Assembly: GCA_031362565.1 (NCBI GenBank)
Contig: JANLSU010000120.1
Coordinates: 96,001 to 160,000 of the forward strand
Length of the DNA stretch: 64,000 nucleotides
Direction: 5' to 3'
From: a bacterium
GTDB lineage: Bacteria > Krumholzibacteriota > Krumholzibacteriia > G020349025
Positions 63,409 to 64,000 of this stretch are shown here, piece after piece (within the stretch, counting starts at the first letter, position 1; every line of letters begins with the position of its first letter). Made by a program: the position numbers and the translations under genes. Below the pieces are notes generated by a model. The model worked only from the letters and a program-made list of their open reading frames with translations. It ran no database searches and was not told where the DNA came from.

Positions 63409-64000
63409 ACGGCCACCTCTGTCGCGCGGGCTTGAGCCGGCAGAAACACTGCGAACGTGCTGCCTTGTCCCACTTGTGACTCGACTTCGAGCCAGCCCTC
63501 GTGCTCGCGCACGATTCCCCATGAGACGGCGAGGCCGAGTCCTGTTCCTTCGCCGACATCCTTGGTGGTGAAGAACGGCTCGAAGATCCGCGCCTGATTT
63601 TCCGGCGCGATGCCGGCGCCAGTGTCTCGGACGCGCACCCGGATATAATCGTTGGCGATGCCGCCGACATCCGCCGGCGGCACGACCCGCGCCGTGTCGA
63701 CCTCGACGTGCAGCGTTCCGCCGCGTTTCATGGCATGAATGCCGTTCATCATCAGGTTCAGGAGCACCTGTTGGATTTGGCCGCTGTCGACGTCGCACAC
63801 CACCGGTGCCTCGGGAAGCTTCATTTGCACCTCGACGGAGCTCTTGCGCGCCAGCGGCGCCAGGAATGCCGTCGTTTGCTCGGCGATCGAGCGCACATCC
63901 TGCGGCGCCTTGGTCGGTGACCGGCGGCGCGCGAAGTCCAACAACTGCCGAATGACGCCGGTGATGCGCTGTGATTGTTCGAAGACGATACGGGCCCCGT
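63405..64000 (-). CDS. Sensor histidine kinase (C-terminal HATPase; 5' part outside window)
   Basis: QQVLLNLMMNGIHAM, DTGAGI and FEPFFTTK..GEGTGLGL motifs. Confidence 0.94.
   Translation of the reverse strand, partial: GARIVFEQSQRITGVIRQLLDFARRRSPTKAPQDVRSIAEQTTAFLAPLARKSSVEVQMKLPEAPVVCDVDSGQIQQVLLNLMMNGIHAMKRGGTLHVEVDTARVVPPADVGGIANDYIRVRVRDTGAGIAPENQARIFEPFFTTKDVGEGTGLGLAVSWGIVREHEGWLEVESQVGQGSTFAVFLPAQARATEVAV

Overview
GC-rich bacterial chromosomal window with about 50 genes. Five secreted proteins end in FlgD-Ig/T9SS-type C-terminal tails, which suggests an FCB-related candidate lineage such as Krumholzibacteriota, Eisenbacteria or Latescibacterota (inference only). Housekeeping and metabolic genes include zwf, a ppgK-like glucokinase, dcd, nrdJ with tandem NrdR boxes, def, htpX, nth, polX-PHP, sppA, efp, tldD/tldE and an FdhF/YdeP oxidoreductase. 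Also present are an alpha-2-macroglobulin, a BlaI/BlaR1-like pair, a Ser/Thr kinase, and a sigma-54 two-component system followed by three stand-alone receiver proteins. I saw no rRNA, tRNA, CRISPR array, transposase or integrase. The most notable observations are: (1) a ~290-nt minus-strand structured RNA candidate (51265-51555) with its own extended -10 and terminator, a perfect 14-nt complement to the 16S rRNA 3' end that is sequestered by a long-range helix, and a 14-codon ORF; (2) a three-gene cluster of cohesin-like, dockerin-like and carbohydrate-binding-like secreted proteins (24965-29297); (3) two cargo segments bounded by long direct repeats without any recombinase (the 72-bp zwf 3' end and a ~106-bp bidirectional promoter); (4) a pentaheme cytochrome c with a T9SS-type tail; (5) an orphan BMC-T shell gene; (6) an EF-P with Asn at the position usually modified on Lys/Arg. 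All calls were made by eye and no database searches were run.
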